Assembly (NCBI GenBank): GCA_946965045.2
Contig: OX337232.1
Coordinates: 3,100,001 to 3,164,000, forward strand
Length of the DNA: 64,000 nucleotides
Reading direction: 5' to 3'
Origin: Epithemia pelagica
Lineage: Eukaryota > Protista > Bacillariophyta
Shown: positions 22,935 through 35,634 of the stretch, in pieces
Position numbering within the stretch: the stretch's first letter is position 1
How the letters are laid out: each line of letters begins with the position of its first letter
Made by a program: the position numbers and the translations under genes
Notes under the pieces: model-generated
The model's database searches: none
Seen by the model: only the letters and a program-made list of their open reading frames with translations
Told to the model about the DNA's origin: nothing

Positions 22935-24238
22935 GGAGCAACATTCATTATAGAATATAGCTCTATACCTCTCAGTTATGTTTTTTGTGTCTCTACCTAG
23001 ACCTTAATCATGGGCCCGTATTCATTCTATGAATCAACAAAGTACCCCCCGAGCCGTTGTTTTTTCAGAGAACGCAAGAACCAACTGCTCGCTGTACACA
23101 ACTTTCTCCAAGTCTTGCTTTCGATTGTTCTCGTCGGTCACAATATTCCATCCAGCCAAGGCAATTCCTCGTTTCACACTTCCGCATCAAACTTTCCTGG
23201 AAATCTTTGCAGTACCATGACAGTCAATCGCTCTACTACCAGTGACCAATCCATACTGGTCCAGGGTATTTCCGCAGGCGGACCAACCTTTTCGTCAAAC
23301 ACCCATCGATCGGGCTGTGTGAGCCCAAGGAAGGGGTCCAAGCTTTTGCTATCCGTTCATGGAACACAGATCATGAGCAAGTTTTTGTTTCGAATTACTG
23401 ATATCAGAGTGAAACCGAAAGAATTGTTGTAAAGCTGTCGAAAGAGCGCCTCGTCAACTGTCATGTTGATACGATCAGGCCTTCGTAATTGAATCCGACT
23501 AACAGAAGCACGGCATGAGCTCTTTCCGAGTTTGCTTCTGGTCGCAATGCTGCAACAAGTCCTAGCTTTCTCGAGCGCCATATTGTGGCGACGTGACCGA
23601 TATAGTCGTGATCGACTGTGCTTGCCCTGAAATCATGAGGACTGGAGCGTTGTTACCACCAATCACATTCTCGACAAAAACACGGTATTCGACGTCTTTC
23701 CTGAGGAAGGGTCGTCGAATAGAACATGGGATATGCCGGTCGTGTATGGTGTAGGTCATTGAAGGTCGGAAGAACTGTATGCTGATTTGCCATTCGAGCT
23801 GTCTGTTAACCCTTTGTCTCGACAGATGCCTCAGAGACCGCGGCGACCGACTCTTTCAGGTGGTTGAGAACATGGTCCATGAGAATAAGTTCAGCAGACG
23901 TTGTCGGCCTTGATGTTTTCCGGTTATATCGCTTGATGCTGTCTACCGAGAATTTCGTGTGTCTGTCAGCCTATCCATTCCTGAGAGTTTACTAAGTACC
24001 ATCTAGGACTGATGCTGTGGAACAATGATTACGCTTGCTTGGAATGTACTATGATGCACTTCGGCTTGTACTACATAGCGGAATGTAGGGGTCGCTTGCC
24101 CCTGATAGTGTTGTAGAGCTTGGACTTGAAGCAGTGCATCATTCTGCAGTGTGATTTCTGTTTTTGCAATGCAGTATAGAGGGTGTGTACAGGCCAGTCA
24201 TTGTATCCCTCGTCTTTGCTCATATTGTAGCTGACAGG

Positions 24239-25296
24239 CTACCGGTTCCAACAACAACAGGTTTCCTTCGGTGGTCTGCCATTGCCGTCAATGAAAAGAT
24301 CATTTTCATCCAAGTAGGCAGTGGCGGCAAGTGCTGCATTAATCTCATCCAGATTCTCTTCTCCACGATCCCCCGCATTTGGCTCTTCCTCGTCTTCTTC
24401 GCCAACCTCCTTCACTTGTTCCATGGTATCAATATGCTTCTGCCGAGATACTTCCTTGCGGAGGATTGCCTGGATAGCAGCTTGAATGGCAGCAGATTCT
24501 TCAGAAGGCACAGCATCTACAGGTTCAAAGGTTCGCAGAGGCTGTATCCCTCCGATTTTGCGTAGTTCTGTGGTGGTTGCAGGAGTATCGTCGTCGTTGT
24601 TGTTGTTGTTCCGGGATTTTCGGGACGCCAAGACTCGGGAAAACCGAGATCGTCGGGTTGGGTCAGCCGATGCCACCGACTTTTCACTGAGCGAATCAAT
24701 GTTTCCAGTTCTTCGTCTACGCATGAACATACTAAAAGAAGATCGAACAGACGGTTGCGAACCTTTGGAGGAGGATGTGGACGATTTTAAAGAATGACTG
24801 GACGAGTGTTTCTTCTTCTTCCTCTTCCTTCTCAGGAATCCACGTACCGACACAGACTCATCCCTTGAGGGTGATTGTGACTTGACACTTGGTTCCGATG
24901 ATGGAATGGCATACTGTTTGGGAAGATACTGTGAGGCACTTTCCTCATCGGATGGACCAGCATCATTCATTGCCCAATCGAGGGAACGAGACGGAGTTGC
25001 AGACTGTGAGCCATTGTACACACTCGGATTGCCTGCCTTGTATCTCTTGACAAACTTGGCCACTCGTCTTTCACTGATGACCCATTCTTCATGAGATTCC
25101 AACAAGAGTCCGTACACCTCAAATGGTTCCAGAGAAGGTCCCTGCCAAAATACGAAACAACCATGCGTTAATTCGTGTAAGCATTGTGGTATTCACATGG
25201 CTTCCAATAGAGAGGATATGCATTTCGTACCTTGGTTTCCAGAATTTGATGGACCTCTCGATTCAATTCTACAGAGCTAGGTTCCAAGTGCCGCAT
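24239..25296 (-). CDS. Uncharacterised protein, paralog A of the 'W-x-I-x-ERR-V-x-KFVKR' family
   Basis: Exon 1 25296-25231 (MRHLEPSSVELNREVHQILETK); intron 25230-25142 (GTACGA..CAG, phase 0); exon 2 GPSLEPFEVYGLLLESHEEWVISERRVAKFVKR ... AYLDEND...ETCCCWNR*. Confidence 0.75.
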
Positions 25297-26056
25297 GATG
25301 GTGTCCGATCCATTGGCGAGTCCTCGCTAGATAAAAACTCACTTGCTCTTGTTACAACTACCAATGGTTTCCTATCGATGTTTCTCAATTTCACCGGTGG
25401 CTTTCGACATTTCGTTCATGGACTGAGGCAAAAGTGACAATGCAATACGCTCTTCTTCTTGGTGTTGCTTCTTCCAGGATTCCATTGATGTCTCTGCCTT
25501 CGCCGGAAGTGGATGGCTCGTCTTGAACGGCGATGGCGGCCATGATCCATGATGTCTCTGCCATGCCGGCGCGCGCGAGAGGTGCCGATGCCGCGAGGTC
25601 CCTATACCCAATAAGCTATCACAAAATCTTTTGCTCCCACTCTTTTGAGCTCTAGGTAGTCTATCATGCCGCACACGATGTATCAGTTCCGGCCGACAAC
25701 TCTACAAAAGGTATCTCTTTATTCGAAGAAATTAGGAGAAAGAGCTAAACAATGTAGTCTGTCTGATACCAGTCTATAGTCTGTGGACAAATAGAGAGCA
25801 ACAATGAATATTTTACCAAGCTCGAGTTCTCTGTTGCCGGAGGCGTCGACCCGACATGGTCTCATTGTCTCTCACAGAGAGGTAGAATTAATCTCTTCTC
25901 CATGAGCACCATCATGGATAGAACGCTTGATACCTTGTTTCTCAATATGAATCTCTGGATGCAAGTCAGATTGCTCACATTTCCTCGTTTGCTCTCTCGT
26001 TGGCCAACCAATGGATCGAGGGACCAGACAGTTTTGTTCCTCAAGTCTTGCCTTTG

Positions 26057-26788
26057 CTACATTGGTGCTCCGACTGGGATAATTGGGCCGATCGTCTTGA
26101 TACACCAGCAACTTTCATTGTGTTCACTCGGTTCTTCATTGCTTTCATCCAGATAGATTGGCTTTTCGGGAAGCGGTTTGGCATCCTCAACGTCGTCACC
26201 CGTGGTGGTATCCCAAAAGTAGATTGATTCCAACAGAGCCGTCGAACGCGGCGAATCAAAGTCATCTTCATAAATCACATTGACCGATGTGGCTGGTTGT
26301 GCACCAATTCGAATGTCTCGTCGCGCTGGTGTTGTTGTACTGCTACGCTTCAACACTTTGCGCAGAAAGCCGGGTTTGCGTGCCGAAATGGATGCCGTCA
26401 AGGAAGAGACCTCGGTGGCATTGTCGTCGTTGTGTTGTGGAAAGGAAATTCGATGTTCGGCCGAGTTCAGTCGCTTTACAAATTTGGCCACTCGTCGTTC
26501 ATGGATATGCCACTCTCGATGTTTGGTTTTCAATCGATTCATCACTTCTCCCCATTCGACCGATTCCTGTCCACAACAAGTACAAACAGAGACACCGAGA
26601 CAACACAAACAACAAACATGCGAAAATGAGAACACGAATACAAGCGCAACCGTACACCCAAAGAATAGACTCACTTCGTCGAGAATGGCTCGAATGGATT
26701 CATTCATTTCGAACGACGTTGGCTTGTATCTTCGTTTTGGTGCTTTATTGTTTAAACTCATGTTCGTCTTTATCGCTCGACTGGTCAT
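26057..26788 (-). CDS. Uncharacterised protein, paralog B of the same family
   Basis: RRYKPTSFEMNESIRAILDE | 108-nt in-frame intron 26674-26567 (GTGAGT..CAG) | ESVEWGEVMNRLKTKHREWHIHERRVAKFVKR ... IYLDESN...ESCWC. Confidence 0.75.
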   Translation of the reverse strand: MTSRAIKTNMSLNNKAPKRRYKPTSFEMNESIRAILDEVSLFFGCTVALVFVFSFSHVCCLCCLGVSVCTCCGQESVEWGEVMNRLKTKHREWHIHERRVAKFVKRLNSAEHRISFPQHNDDNATEVSSLTASISARKPGFLRKVLKRSSTTTPARRDIRIGAQPATSVNVIYEDDFDSPRSTALLESIYFWDTTTGDDVEDAKPLPEKPIYLDESNEEPSEHNESCWCIKTIGPIIPVGAPM

Positions 26789-27227
26789 GGTGGTCGCCTG
26801 TTTCTGGGTGACTCGACAAGGCGAATGAAGCGACTGTGTGGAGTTCGTGTTGGAAAGGATTTCTTGTGGTTCACGCAAAAAGCGGGACATCATCAATGGA
26901 TGTGCTGGTGATGGTGGGACTTGGTTTCTGTTTGGAAGGGTGACGGGATTCGAAAGGGAACCCCTACAAATTTCTAAAATGTAAAATCCTATCGCGCAGC
27001 TTTGTGAACTGTTAAATTTAATCAAAACTTCGCGGACAGATTCCTGATCGGTAGTTCCTCGAGTGCCGGGTCGGCGGCCTTCTGTGACCTGTGACCTGTG
27101 ACCCAAAATCATCAGTGGCAACGCGATTGGGCTTTGAGACGGGTTTGTCTGAATGGATACCTACGGACAGATCTTTTTGTCGAAGAAGAAATTTGACACT
27201 GTGGGGTCTGCCGCATCACAGCACGAG

Positions 27228-28844
27228 ATGAGGAAGCTCTCGTCTTCTATTCCTGTTCGAGTTTCAGTTTTGGTCTTGGTGATTGTTTGTCTGACAGCAC
27301 CAAGGACGATTGCGTTGAACAATGGACTGGCGCAAACTCCTCCAATGGGATGGAATTCGTGGAATTCCTTTCATTGCAAGGTGGACCACGAGTTGATTGT
27401 TCGCACGGCAGAGCAAATCAAGGAGTTGAAATTGGATGAATTGGGCTATCGCTACATCAATATTGACGATTGTTGGATGTCCATGTTTCGCACAAAACAT
27501 GGCAAACTGATTGGTGATTCGAAACGATTTCCCAAGGGTATGAAATGGATGGGCGATTACTTGCACAGCCAAGGATTATTGTTTGGCATTTATTCCAGTG
27601 CTGGCTACCGAACTTGTGCCGGTTATCCAGCCTCGCTGGGTAAAGAGCAAGTGGACGCTCAGACATTTGCGGAGTGGGGTGTGGATTATCTGAAATACGA
27701 CAATTGTTTCAATGCTGGCAAAGCATCGATCGAACGCTATGCGGCCATGCGGAATGCCCTCAATGCCACGGGTCGTCCCATACTGTATTCCATTTGTCAA
27801 TGGGGCACGGAAGATTCGTGTCATTGGGGTCCATCGTTTGGCAATGTGTGGAGAACAACGGGTGATATCACAGCCGATTGGAACTCGATTGTGGGGTGTT
27901 TTTGGAAATCGCAACAACAATACCATGGACAGTCCATGTCCGGTGCCTGGTTGGATCCTGACATGTTGGAAGTTGGCAATGGCGATTTGACGTATGAAGA
28001 AAACAAGTCACACTTCTCCTTGTGGGTGTTGGCCAAGGCACCGCTCTTGTTGGGTAATGATTTGAGCACCATGACGTCCGAAACACTCGAGATTATTTCC
28101 AACACGGAACTTTTGGACCTCCATCAAGATCCATCTCTACCGCAGGCTACCTGTGTCGTGGGATGTGACAAGACCAATTGGTGTGCTCCCAATGTGGATG
28201 GTGAACATGTGTTTCAAGACTCGGATCTGTACCTCTGCAATCGTACCGACATGGACGACGACAAGGGCAAGGAGAACATGGCCCATGACGACGATTATTC
28301 TATTTTTGCCACAACGCGCCGGCATGGAAGCAGCAACAACAACAATGATACTGAGTTGGTGGCAGCTCTGATTATGAATTGGCACGATTCTCAAGCATTG
28401 AATCTCGGTATCCTCAATGCCGTTCAAGTCTTGGGCATAGCACCCTTTCCCAATCAACGCGTCCTTATTCGAGATGCTTGGGAACACACTCCCGTAACCG
28501 TACCCGCGCCACTGATGGTGAAAGAAAGGACAACCGTCGGAGAAGAACTGGACGATGTGAACAATGATAGTATTCATGACAAGGACCATAATTTGGACCG
28601 CAAGACGAGAAGGAACAACCGTACCAATGAAAGAACACTTTTGGAAAGCACAGTCGAGTCCTCATTATCGGAACGTCGTTCGTTTTCGTTTCAGGACTTG
28701 CAAAAGGTCCCCCTTCCACCCATACCACCGCACGGATGCCTCGTGTACACCCTTACTACCATTTCCAATCCGACACGGAGTACAGAAGAGGACGATGAGG
28801 ACAGGAAACACTTCGTCTCGGAATCTACCAGCACCGAATTGTAA
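27228..28844 (+). CDS. Secreted alpha-galactosidase, glycoside hydrolase family 27
   Basis: Signal peptide; LNNGLAQTPPMGWNSWN, NIDDCW, DSKRFPKGMK, WGVDYLKYDNC (catalytic Asp), WRTTGDI, WLDPDMLEVGN, KAPLLLGNDL. Confidence 0.95.
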   Translation: MRKLSSSIPVRVSVLVLVIVCLTAPRTIALNNGLAQTPPMGWNSWNSFHCKVDHELIVRTAEQIKELKLDELGYRYINIDDCWMSMFRTKHGKLIGDSKRFPKGMKWMGDYLHSQGLLFGIYSSAGYRTCAGYPASLGKEQVDAQTFAEWGVDYLKYDNCFNAGKASIERYAAMRNALNATGRPILYSICQWGTEDSCHWGPSFGNVWRTTGDITADWNSIVGCFWKSQQQYHGQSMSGAWLDPDMLEVGNGDLTYEENKSHFSLWVLAKAPLLLGNDLSTMTSETLEIISNTELLDLHQDPSLPQATCVVGCDKTNWCAPNVDGEHVFQDSDLYLCNRTDMDDDKGKENMAHDDDYSIFATTRRHGSSNNNNDTELVAALIMNWHDSQALNLGILNAVQVLGIAPFPNQRVLIRDAWEHTPVTVPAPLMVKERTTVGEELDDVNNDSIHDKDHNLDRKTRRNNRTNERTLLESTVESSLSERRSFSFQDLQKVPLPPIPPHGCLVYTLTTISNPTRSTEEDDEDRKHFVSESTSTEL

Positions 28845-29455
28845 CAGGAAACACACCCTGAATCCAAAGTTCTCGTGGAACGCACTGCAATGCATACTCC
28901 AGGGATATGCCTCCACTTTGTCACATCTTTCATACAGTCATGGGCCCTAACGCGCCTTATTCATGCTACATGGATCACTGATTCCCTTCAACTCTCAAGC
29001 AGTCAGGAAATGCGTCGACATTTTCCTCCAGGGCGTCGCGACAAGAGTAAAAAACCCAAGTCTCTATTGATGATCGAAATGTCTATGGAATCGTCCTCGG
29101 ACTAATAGGTCAGACACGACACACAAATCCCGGCACAAGGGTTGAGTCAACTACACTTGGCTGTCCTCCGAGCAAATAACAGTGTGCAAGGACTGCAACT
29201 CTCGTAGGCAGGAAGAGATTCATCGATTGAAATACTAGATGTTGGAAGTCTGTTTCCATTTTCCCTCATCCCTTCACATTCAAATAGCAAAAACCATTCT
29301 AAACGCGACTTCCGTCTTCCACGCGCGACCCAATAGAAACAAGCCCAACCAAATCTCTCCCTTCGATAATTAAAAGCGAGAGGTTATCGTCTCTCCTCGG
29401 ATTTTTTACCACATCGATCACCATGACCCTTTGTTGTCGGTCATCGTGATGCTAC

Positions 29456-30834
29456 ATGCCTTCAACAAGAAGCATGAACATTTTGAGAACGCGCAAGACT
29501 GTCTTTTGTCGCATTCTTACAAGATATGTTGCAGTTGTTGCGATTGTCACATCACAAATCATTTTCTTTTGGACGACGTACCCGGTAGAGTCTGAACCAG
29601 TTGTTGAGTTCAATCCACTGGAATTGCATCCGGATTCAGTGACGACAAAACAAAAACCAACGATCCCTGTGGACTGCCAAGGTGGACAAGAAACGTTGTG
29701 AAAATTCTAGTGGATGCCGGTATTCAAAATGCTTCCAGATATTGCCGAGGCGACGAGAGCAATCTTCGCATCCCTCCGTGGAATGAAACAACGGCCTTGT
29801 ATGGATCCAAGCCAATCATTCTTCGGTTCTGCGAGGATCGCAACAAGAGTTTACCTTTTCTGGTTCCAAGGATTGTTGGCATGTACAACACTGGTACAAA
29901 TGCATTGAAAAAATTGTTTCACCTGAACCTTGTACAGGTTCAAAGAAACATGTTTCGAAACAATGCATCCGATGTCGACAAACTTCGATTACCTTGGGTG
30001 TTTCGAAACAATGCCACGGATCGACACACACAAAAGTCGAACAGGGAGTTAATTGAGGAACTGAATTTGGATTCTTTGAAACACAATCCAGTGGACCGTA
30101 ATCCGGATCCCAGTGGCGGTGTGCCATTCTTACGAGTAATCATCACGCGAGATCCATACCGGTGGATGCGATCGACTTGCCGCAGTCCCTACGATATTCG
30201 ATGGAAGATGGTTGAAAAGGAAAGCGGCACTCCACGAAAGATACCAACAACAAGAAAAAGATGGGGCAACCTGAAATTTACGACACGAAAAAAGCCGGTG
30301 AATTGCACTGACTTGTACCCTCCACATCTACAAAAGTTGTCCATCCTATTTCCTCGCCGCGAAGCCTCCGACAAAACCGAACGTGAATCTCATATGTTCA
30401 ATCGCGATTATCCATCTCTGCCTCACATGTGGAGTCAATGGCATCAAGAGTATCTTCATGCGGCGGAATCCAGTTTGTCACAACAACCGACCCTGATCAT
30501 TCGATTCGAGGATGTGCTTGTTCATGCACCCGAAGTGCTACAGGCGGTAGCGTCCTGTGCCGGAATGGACTTGATTGGGAACTCCGCAGAGGAAGCCACA
30601 AGCAACACGAGCAGGACAGACGACGACTCTGTCATCAAGGTTTTCTATCTCTAGAAACGATCCAAGAATCATGGTCGTGGCAATGCCAAGGCCGGCTTTG
30701 CGACCACCTTACTCCGCAGCATGGATCCAGTCGGACGCACCGCTGGGTTTACCGACCAGTATCTGAACTTTAGTACCAGCAGTTTGGATCCCAAACTTTT
30801 GAAACTGTTTCACTATCCGCCACCACAGTTCTAA
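29456..30834 (+). pseudogene. Type II membrane sulfotransferase-like protein (diatom family), disrupted
   Basis: N-terminal TM anchor; PAPS-like motifs GMYNTGTNAL and ITRDPYRWMRSTC; IIRFEDVL. Frameshift at ~29698 (acg ttg|tga; ...ETLVKILVDAG needs +1 G). In-frame TAG at 30652, after which the frame continues KRSKNHG...LDPKLLKLFHY to TAA 30834. Confidence 0.7.
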
Positions 30835-31123
30835 TAGAGAATAAACCAAAGGATTTATACACTCAGACCATTGTTGCTATCCTGTATCAATCTTCCGACG
30901 AACAAGGCGTCGCAACAGGCTTGCAACAAGAGAGATGACTCTCTCTACTCTATAGAGGGTCATGGTCCTCTACTCTAGTAGACTCTACTCTAGTAGAGCA
31001 CCCATTCACAATCTACGGAACTGGATCGAAGTGCAGGGGGACACAGAGGAATGGACACGGTTGATGTATAGTCCACGAGAGAGTTTTCGTTACGACTATG
31101 GTGAATATTCATAGCTACTCCCA

Positions 31124-31204
31124 GAGGAGGTTCACCTCAAAATCCTGAGTGCTTATTGATAGCCACACCTAGCGAGGAAGTTCACCTCAAAATCGTGAGT
31201 GCTT
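31124..31204. repeat. 31-bp direct repeat pair, 50-bp period
   Basis: gaggaggttcacctcaaaatcctgagtgctt (31124-31154) and gaggaagttcacctcaaaatcgtgagtgctt (31174-31204), two mismatches. Confidence 0.8.
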
Positions 31205-32305
31205 CGATGGAGACGAGTAGAGCCAACTCGAGGTTGAGTGTGCAGCATGGTTGACATGAGAAAGCGTCCCAAGTACCGAAGGAAAGTCCAGCGGAAAATG
31301 TAACCTATCTTTCTTCTTTCTTGGTTTGTAGCTCGTGTCTGTTCGCGGTCGTTTCTTGCTTTGCTTCCGTCGTGGTTGGTCGCATCCCATTCCCATCCAT
31401 CATTGCTCTAAAGAGAACAATGCGCAAGAGGAGAATGCGCTTTGCTCTCTTCCCCCATGGATGGAGATGGACGGCGTGCGCGGCACACTGAAACATTGTG
31501 AGGAGCCGTATGGTAGTGTAGACTCAGTGACGTACGCGGGCAGGATGTCCCTGCCAGATTCTTGGACTGTTGTCGCGCGCCGGCATGCCTCCTTCGGCAT
31601 TGGTCCCCAAACTCCACTCTCGCGAAAAAACACAACCGCAACGGCAGATCCCGTCGTACGGGAACCCTGTACTCTTCGAGGGAGTGTCGTCGGAGTGAGC
31701 GACCGACGGACGCTCCCTTCTGGACCAATGCACACTTCCGTTGTGGAACCCGTTGCGTCGTAGCAGGCGCTGGACTTGTTTCCACAACGGAAAGGAGTGT
31801 GGAAGGAATGAAGGAGGAGGAACGATGATGTGTAGTACACATTGATAGTTGAGACACTCTATACCCTCTCTTACAACAACAGCAAGCCAGCAAGCAAGCA
31901 AGTATAGGTACTTACTTCACCTTTTTGTATGAACTGGAATCAACGTAACTCTTAATTTTTGATGCGCAGCGACAGCGGTGGGAACATTATTATTTGTGGA
32001 TTCATCGATATCCACATACATATACACATTGGGCTCGTCAGTTCCACAAACTTTTTGGAACGCTTGTTCTTGTTTTGAGAGTACCTCTATAGGTGGGTGT
32101 TTGGTTTGGTTGTGCCTGTCCTTTTGTTTGGTGATTCGATTGTTTGGTTGAATGACGACGACGACAACAACAACAACCGTTACAACCACCCCATTACTGA
32201 TCATTGTCTCTTTGTTGCGGCACGCTGTTGATTTTACAGGAAAACCGGTCGAACCTTGGGTGCCAAAACAAAACCTGGTGTCTCCTAGAATACGTCATTC
32301 TCATC

Positions 32306-35300
32306 ATGACGGCCGATACGGCATCCACAACGCCCATCGACAATAGCAACACGAACCACAAGCCATCCATGGTGGTGACGACGACATCTCCGGCCGACTC
32401 TAGCAATGCCAAGCCAGGATTTTCCGAAGGTTCGCAGTCCTCGTCTCCACCATCGGGTGCTGCACCCATGATGGTGGCTGCGGCTGCTTCTGCTTCCAAT
32501 GGCGGCTCGTCGTCTCCGACCAATGGACCGGACATGATGGGAAGTGTCGAAGCGGCAGCCGCCATGGCCGCCGCAGCCGCCTTGTCGCCCATTCAAAATT
32601 CGGCTCCACCCACCTTGACGACGACGACAAGCTCGACACCTCCTCCGGCCCCTGTGCTTTCGGCTTCGTCTCCGACCGTCACCAACAATAATAATAATAA
32701 CAACAACAACAACATGAATGGCAATTCGGCGCCCCCTCCTCCTCCGCCGCAGTCGTCGTCTCGAAGAACGTCCTCGAGCAATAGCAGTGTGGGAAGTCAT
32801 TCGAGAGGAAGAAGAGGACGATCCGGTCGTCGCCGAAGTTACAGCGATGTTCCCAAAACGATTCAAGGTGTCCCCAGTCAACCACCGCCGTCATCTGGTG
32901 CTCCGTTGCCACCACCACCACCTCCTCATGTCATGGTACCACCCCCACCGCCCTATGGAGGATATCCACCGGCCAGTCCCTACAACAATGGCGCTCCTCC
33001 CATGAATGGCAACCCGCTCAGTCCGCAACAACAACAGCAACACCAACAGTTCCTCATGATGCAACAGCAACAGCAGCAGCATGCTCATTTGGTCCCTCAT
33101 CCGGATCAAGCCTTTTCCTATGGTCGCGGTCGTGCCTGGTCCGGCGATGCCGCCATGTATGGATTGCCTCCGGCAGCGCCTCCTCCTCCACCCAACGTTG
33201 TCACGGGCTATTCCAGTGGTGGCGAAGGCCGTCCCTTGATGGTCGGTGGTGGTCCGTCCTCGTCCTTTGATGTCACCAACAATATGAGTTTGGGCGCTCC
33301 TCCTCCTCGTCACAATGGTGGTCATCGTCGGACCGATTCCAATGGTTCGGTCGGCAGTGTCTTGAGCAACATGGGTGGGAGTATTGCCGGATACGGTTCC
33401 ATTTCGGGCGGTGCTCCTCCGTCGCCGCGTCCCACATCCGCTTCGCCGCGAGCGGCCGGTGCCGACTTTTCGCCCCGTCATGAAATTCTCAACATGATGC
33501 GTCCCGAATCGCCACGAACGACCATTGGCACTTCGACGGTGCCTCAAAGTCCTCGTCCGGCCGGTGGTGGTGGATATGCCCAAGCTTCTCCGCGTGCGGC
33601 GGGCATGTACAATCGTCAATCGACGCCACCCGTGCAAGGAGGAGGCAGTTCCTACCAATCGCCCTATTCCCCAGCGCATGCCGCCGCCCTGGCGGCGGCA
33701 CAGGCCGCGTCGGGTATGGACGGCAGTCTCCTGGTCGGCCCGTCTCCGACCAACAGTTATCAACGCGGAACGAGTGCTGGCGGTGGCGGTGAAGCCGTCT
33801 TTGTGGCGCGTAGTTCGGGAGGGAGCAAAGCTCCGCCCGGGAGTGGCGAATCCACCCATCGTCGTCATATGCGACAACAATCGGCCCAAATGTACATGGA
33901 ACAAGTCAAGGGATCGCCGCAACCACTCATGTGTCGCGATTTGATTTTCTTGTTGCTCTTTGCCTTTCATTTGACCGGGATGGTCTATTTGAGTAACACG
34001 TATTCCAAAGAAGCACTCTTTCCCACAGCAGTGAGCAATGACACGGTGTGGTATCCCGAGGATGCGGCCGCACCCGTGAACCAGGACGTGGTCCATGCCA
34101 GCAGCAATTTGACCAGCATTGGTAGTAATCTCACCAGCATTGGTAGTAATCTCACCGTGTCGGACGCCATGGTGGGCAATGGAACAGCCAATGATTGGAC
34201 GACCGAGGAGGAAGATTTGGATTCCCCCGTGACGATCAATTACCCCCACTTGTTGTTGGTGGCAATTTGTTGTGGTGTCTTTGCCATGGGTATTTCGACT
34301 ACCTTGTTGAGTGTCATGACCTACTTTGCTCGTCGGTTTATCCAAGTGGCCTTGGTGGTGATTATCGCCCTGAGTTTTGTGTGGGGCACGGTGGGCATTG
34401 GTGTGTCGCCCAAAAACGTTGTACCCATTACCGGTATCATTGCCTTGGCCTTGTCGGTCGCCTATGCCATTTTGGTGTGGGAACGAATTCCCTTTGCCGC
34501 CTCCAATCTCGTCACGGCCCTGTCGGCGATTCGGGCCTTTCCGGGAACCTTGGTGGTGGCACTCTTTTTCCAAGCCTTGGGGTGTGGATGGTGCATTTAT
34601 TATTCGGTGATTGTCATTGGAGTGTACAATAGCATTCAGGATGGACGCATTGTCTTGTCGGAACGCATGGCAATGGTTGCCTATATTCTGCTGGGAATTT
34701 CCTTTTATTGGACCTACCAAGTGTTGTTGGTACGTTCCTGTGACCTTTCGAAACACTTGTTTCCGAAATGAAGGGAGCTTATACTCATTTATTTGTTTAT
34801 TTCGTGTTGTCGATATAGAATGCGGTTCAAGTGGCAACCGCGGGTGTGATTGGCAGTTGGTGGTATCAACCGGAAGGCGAGCACACAGTGAAGCGGTCCT
34901 CATTCAAAACCCTCTTTTATTCCATGGGTTCTGTTTGCTTTGGTAGTCTCCTCGTGGGCCCCGTCCTCGTCATTCGTCAATTGGCCGTCCTCTTTCGTCC
35001 CTCCAGTGAAGCTTCGTTACTCTGCTTGCACGAATGTCTCCAGTGCTTCCGAACTTGCATCACGACCTGTGTCGATGAGCTTGCCGCTCGATTCAATCCA
35101 TGGGCCTTTACCTACGTCGGTCTGTACGGTTACGGATTTGTCGATGCCGGACAGTTGGCGACAGAAGTGTTTGAGAAGCGGGGATGGACCACGATTGTTT
35201 CGGATGATTTGGTACGCAACCTACTCCTCATGACCTCCTTGGTGGTGGGTGGTGTGACAGGTTGCTTTGGCTACATTTTGGCCGGTTTGGAACGTTTGGA

Positions 35301-35634
35301 TGTTACGACAGACGATGAAACTGGCTTGGTGGCCTTTGTGGCTGGACTCATTATTGGATGGGTCATTACCAGCATTTTGTTTGGTGCCATTAGTAGTTCG
35401 GTGCATGCCGTGATTGTGTGCTTTGCCACCAGTCCGGTGGACTTTGAAGAGAATCACCCAGAACTCAGTCACAATATGCGTGCGGCATGGAGAGAAGTGT
35501 GGCCGGGAGCCCTGGACATTGTGGACATGCACTTGGCCATGGCACAACAACAGCAGCAACAACAGCAACATGGTGCCGCCATGATGAGTTTTTCACCCGG
35601 AAGTGTGGATCCTTCCATGACACCCTTGCTTTAA
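32306..35634 (+). CDS. Choline transporter-like (CTL/SLC44/PNS1) protein with ~530-aa Pro/Ser-rich disordered N-terminus, 2 exons
   Basis: CRDLIFLLLFAFHL, WERIPFAASNL, FYWTYQVLL|NAVQVATAGVIGSWW, SMGSVCFGSLLV, FNPWAFTYVGLYG, FEKRGWTTIVSDDL, VCFATSP. Intron 34730-34818. Confidence 0.92.

Noticed and set aside
22950-24160. Fragmented minus-strand frames between the STN1-like gene and paralog A
   Set aside because: Multiple stops and no assignable family.
31124-31204. 31-bp repeat pair with 19-bp spacer, superficially CRISPR-like
   Set aside because: Only two copies, no cas genes, eukaryotic context.
12604-31402. Several in-frame TGA codons linking ORFs (12604, 13057, 14956, 19770, 31400), suggesting UGA recoding or selenocysteine
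   Set aside because: The implied residues differ (Ser, Gly, Trp), TAG and TAA lesions also occur, and intact genes such as RluA and SUA5 end in TGA. Mutational decay is the simpler explanation.
32891-34903. 670-aa minus-strand ORF, and other long antisense ORFs at 3677-4471, 7350-8351 and 54324-55013
   Set aside because: Antisense shadows of confidently identified genes; no domain motifs.
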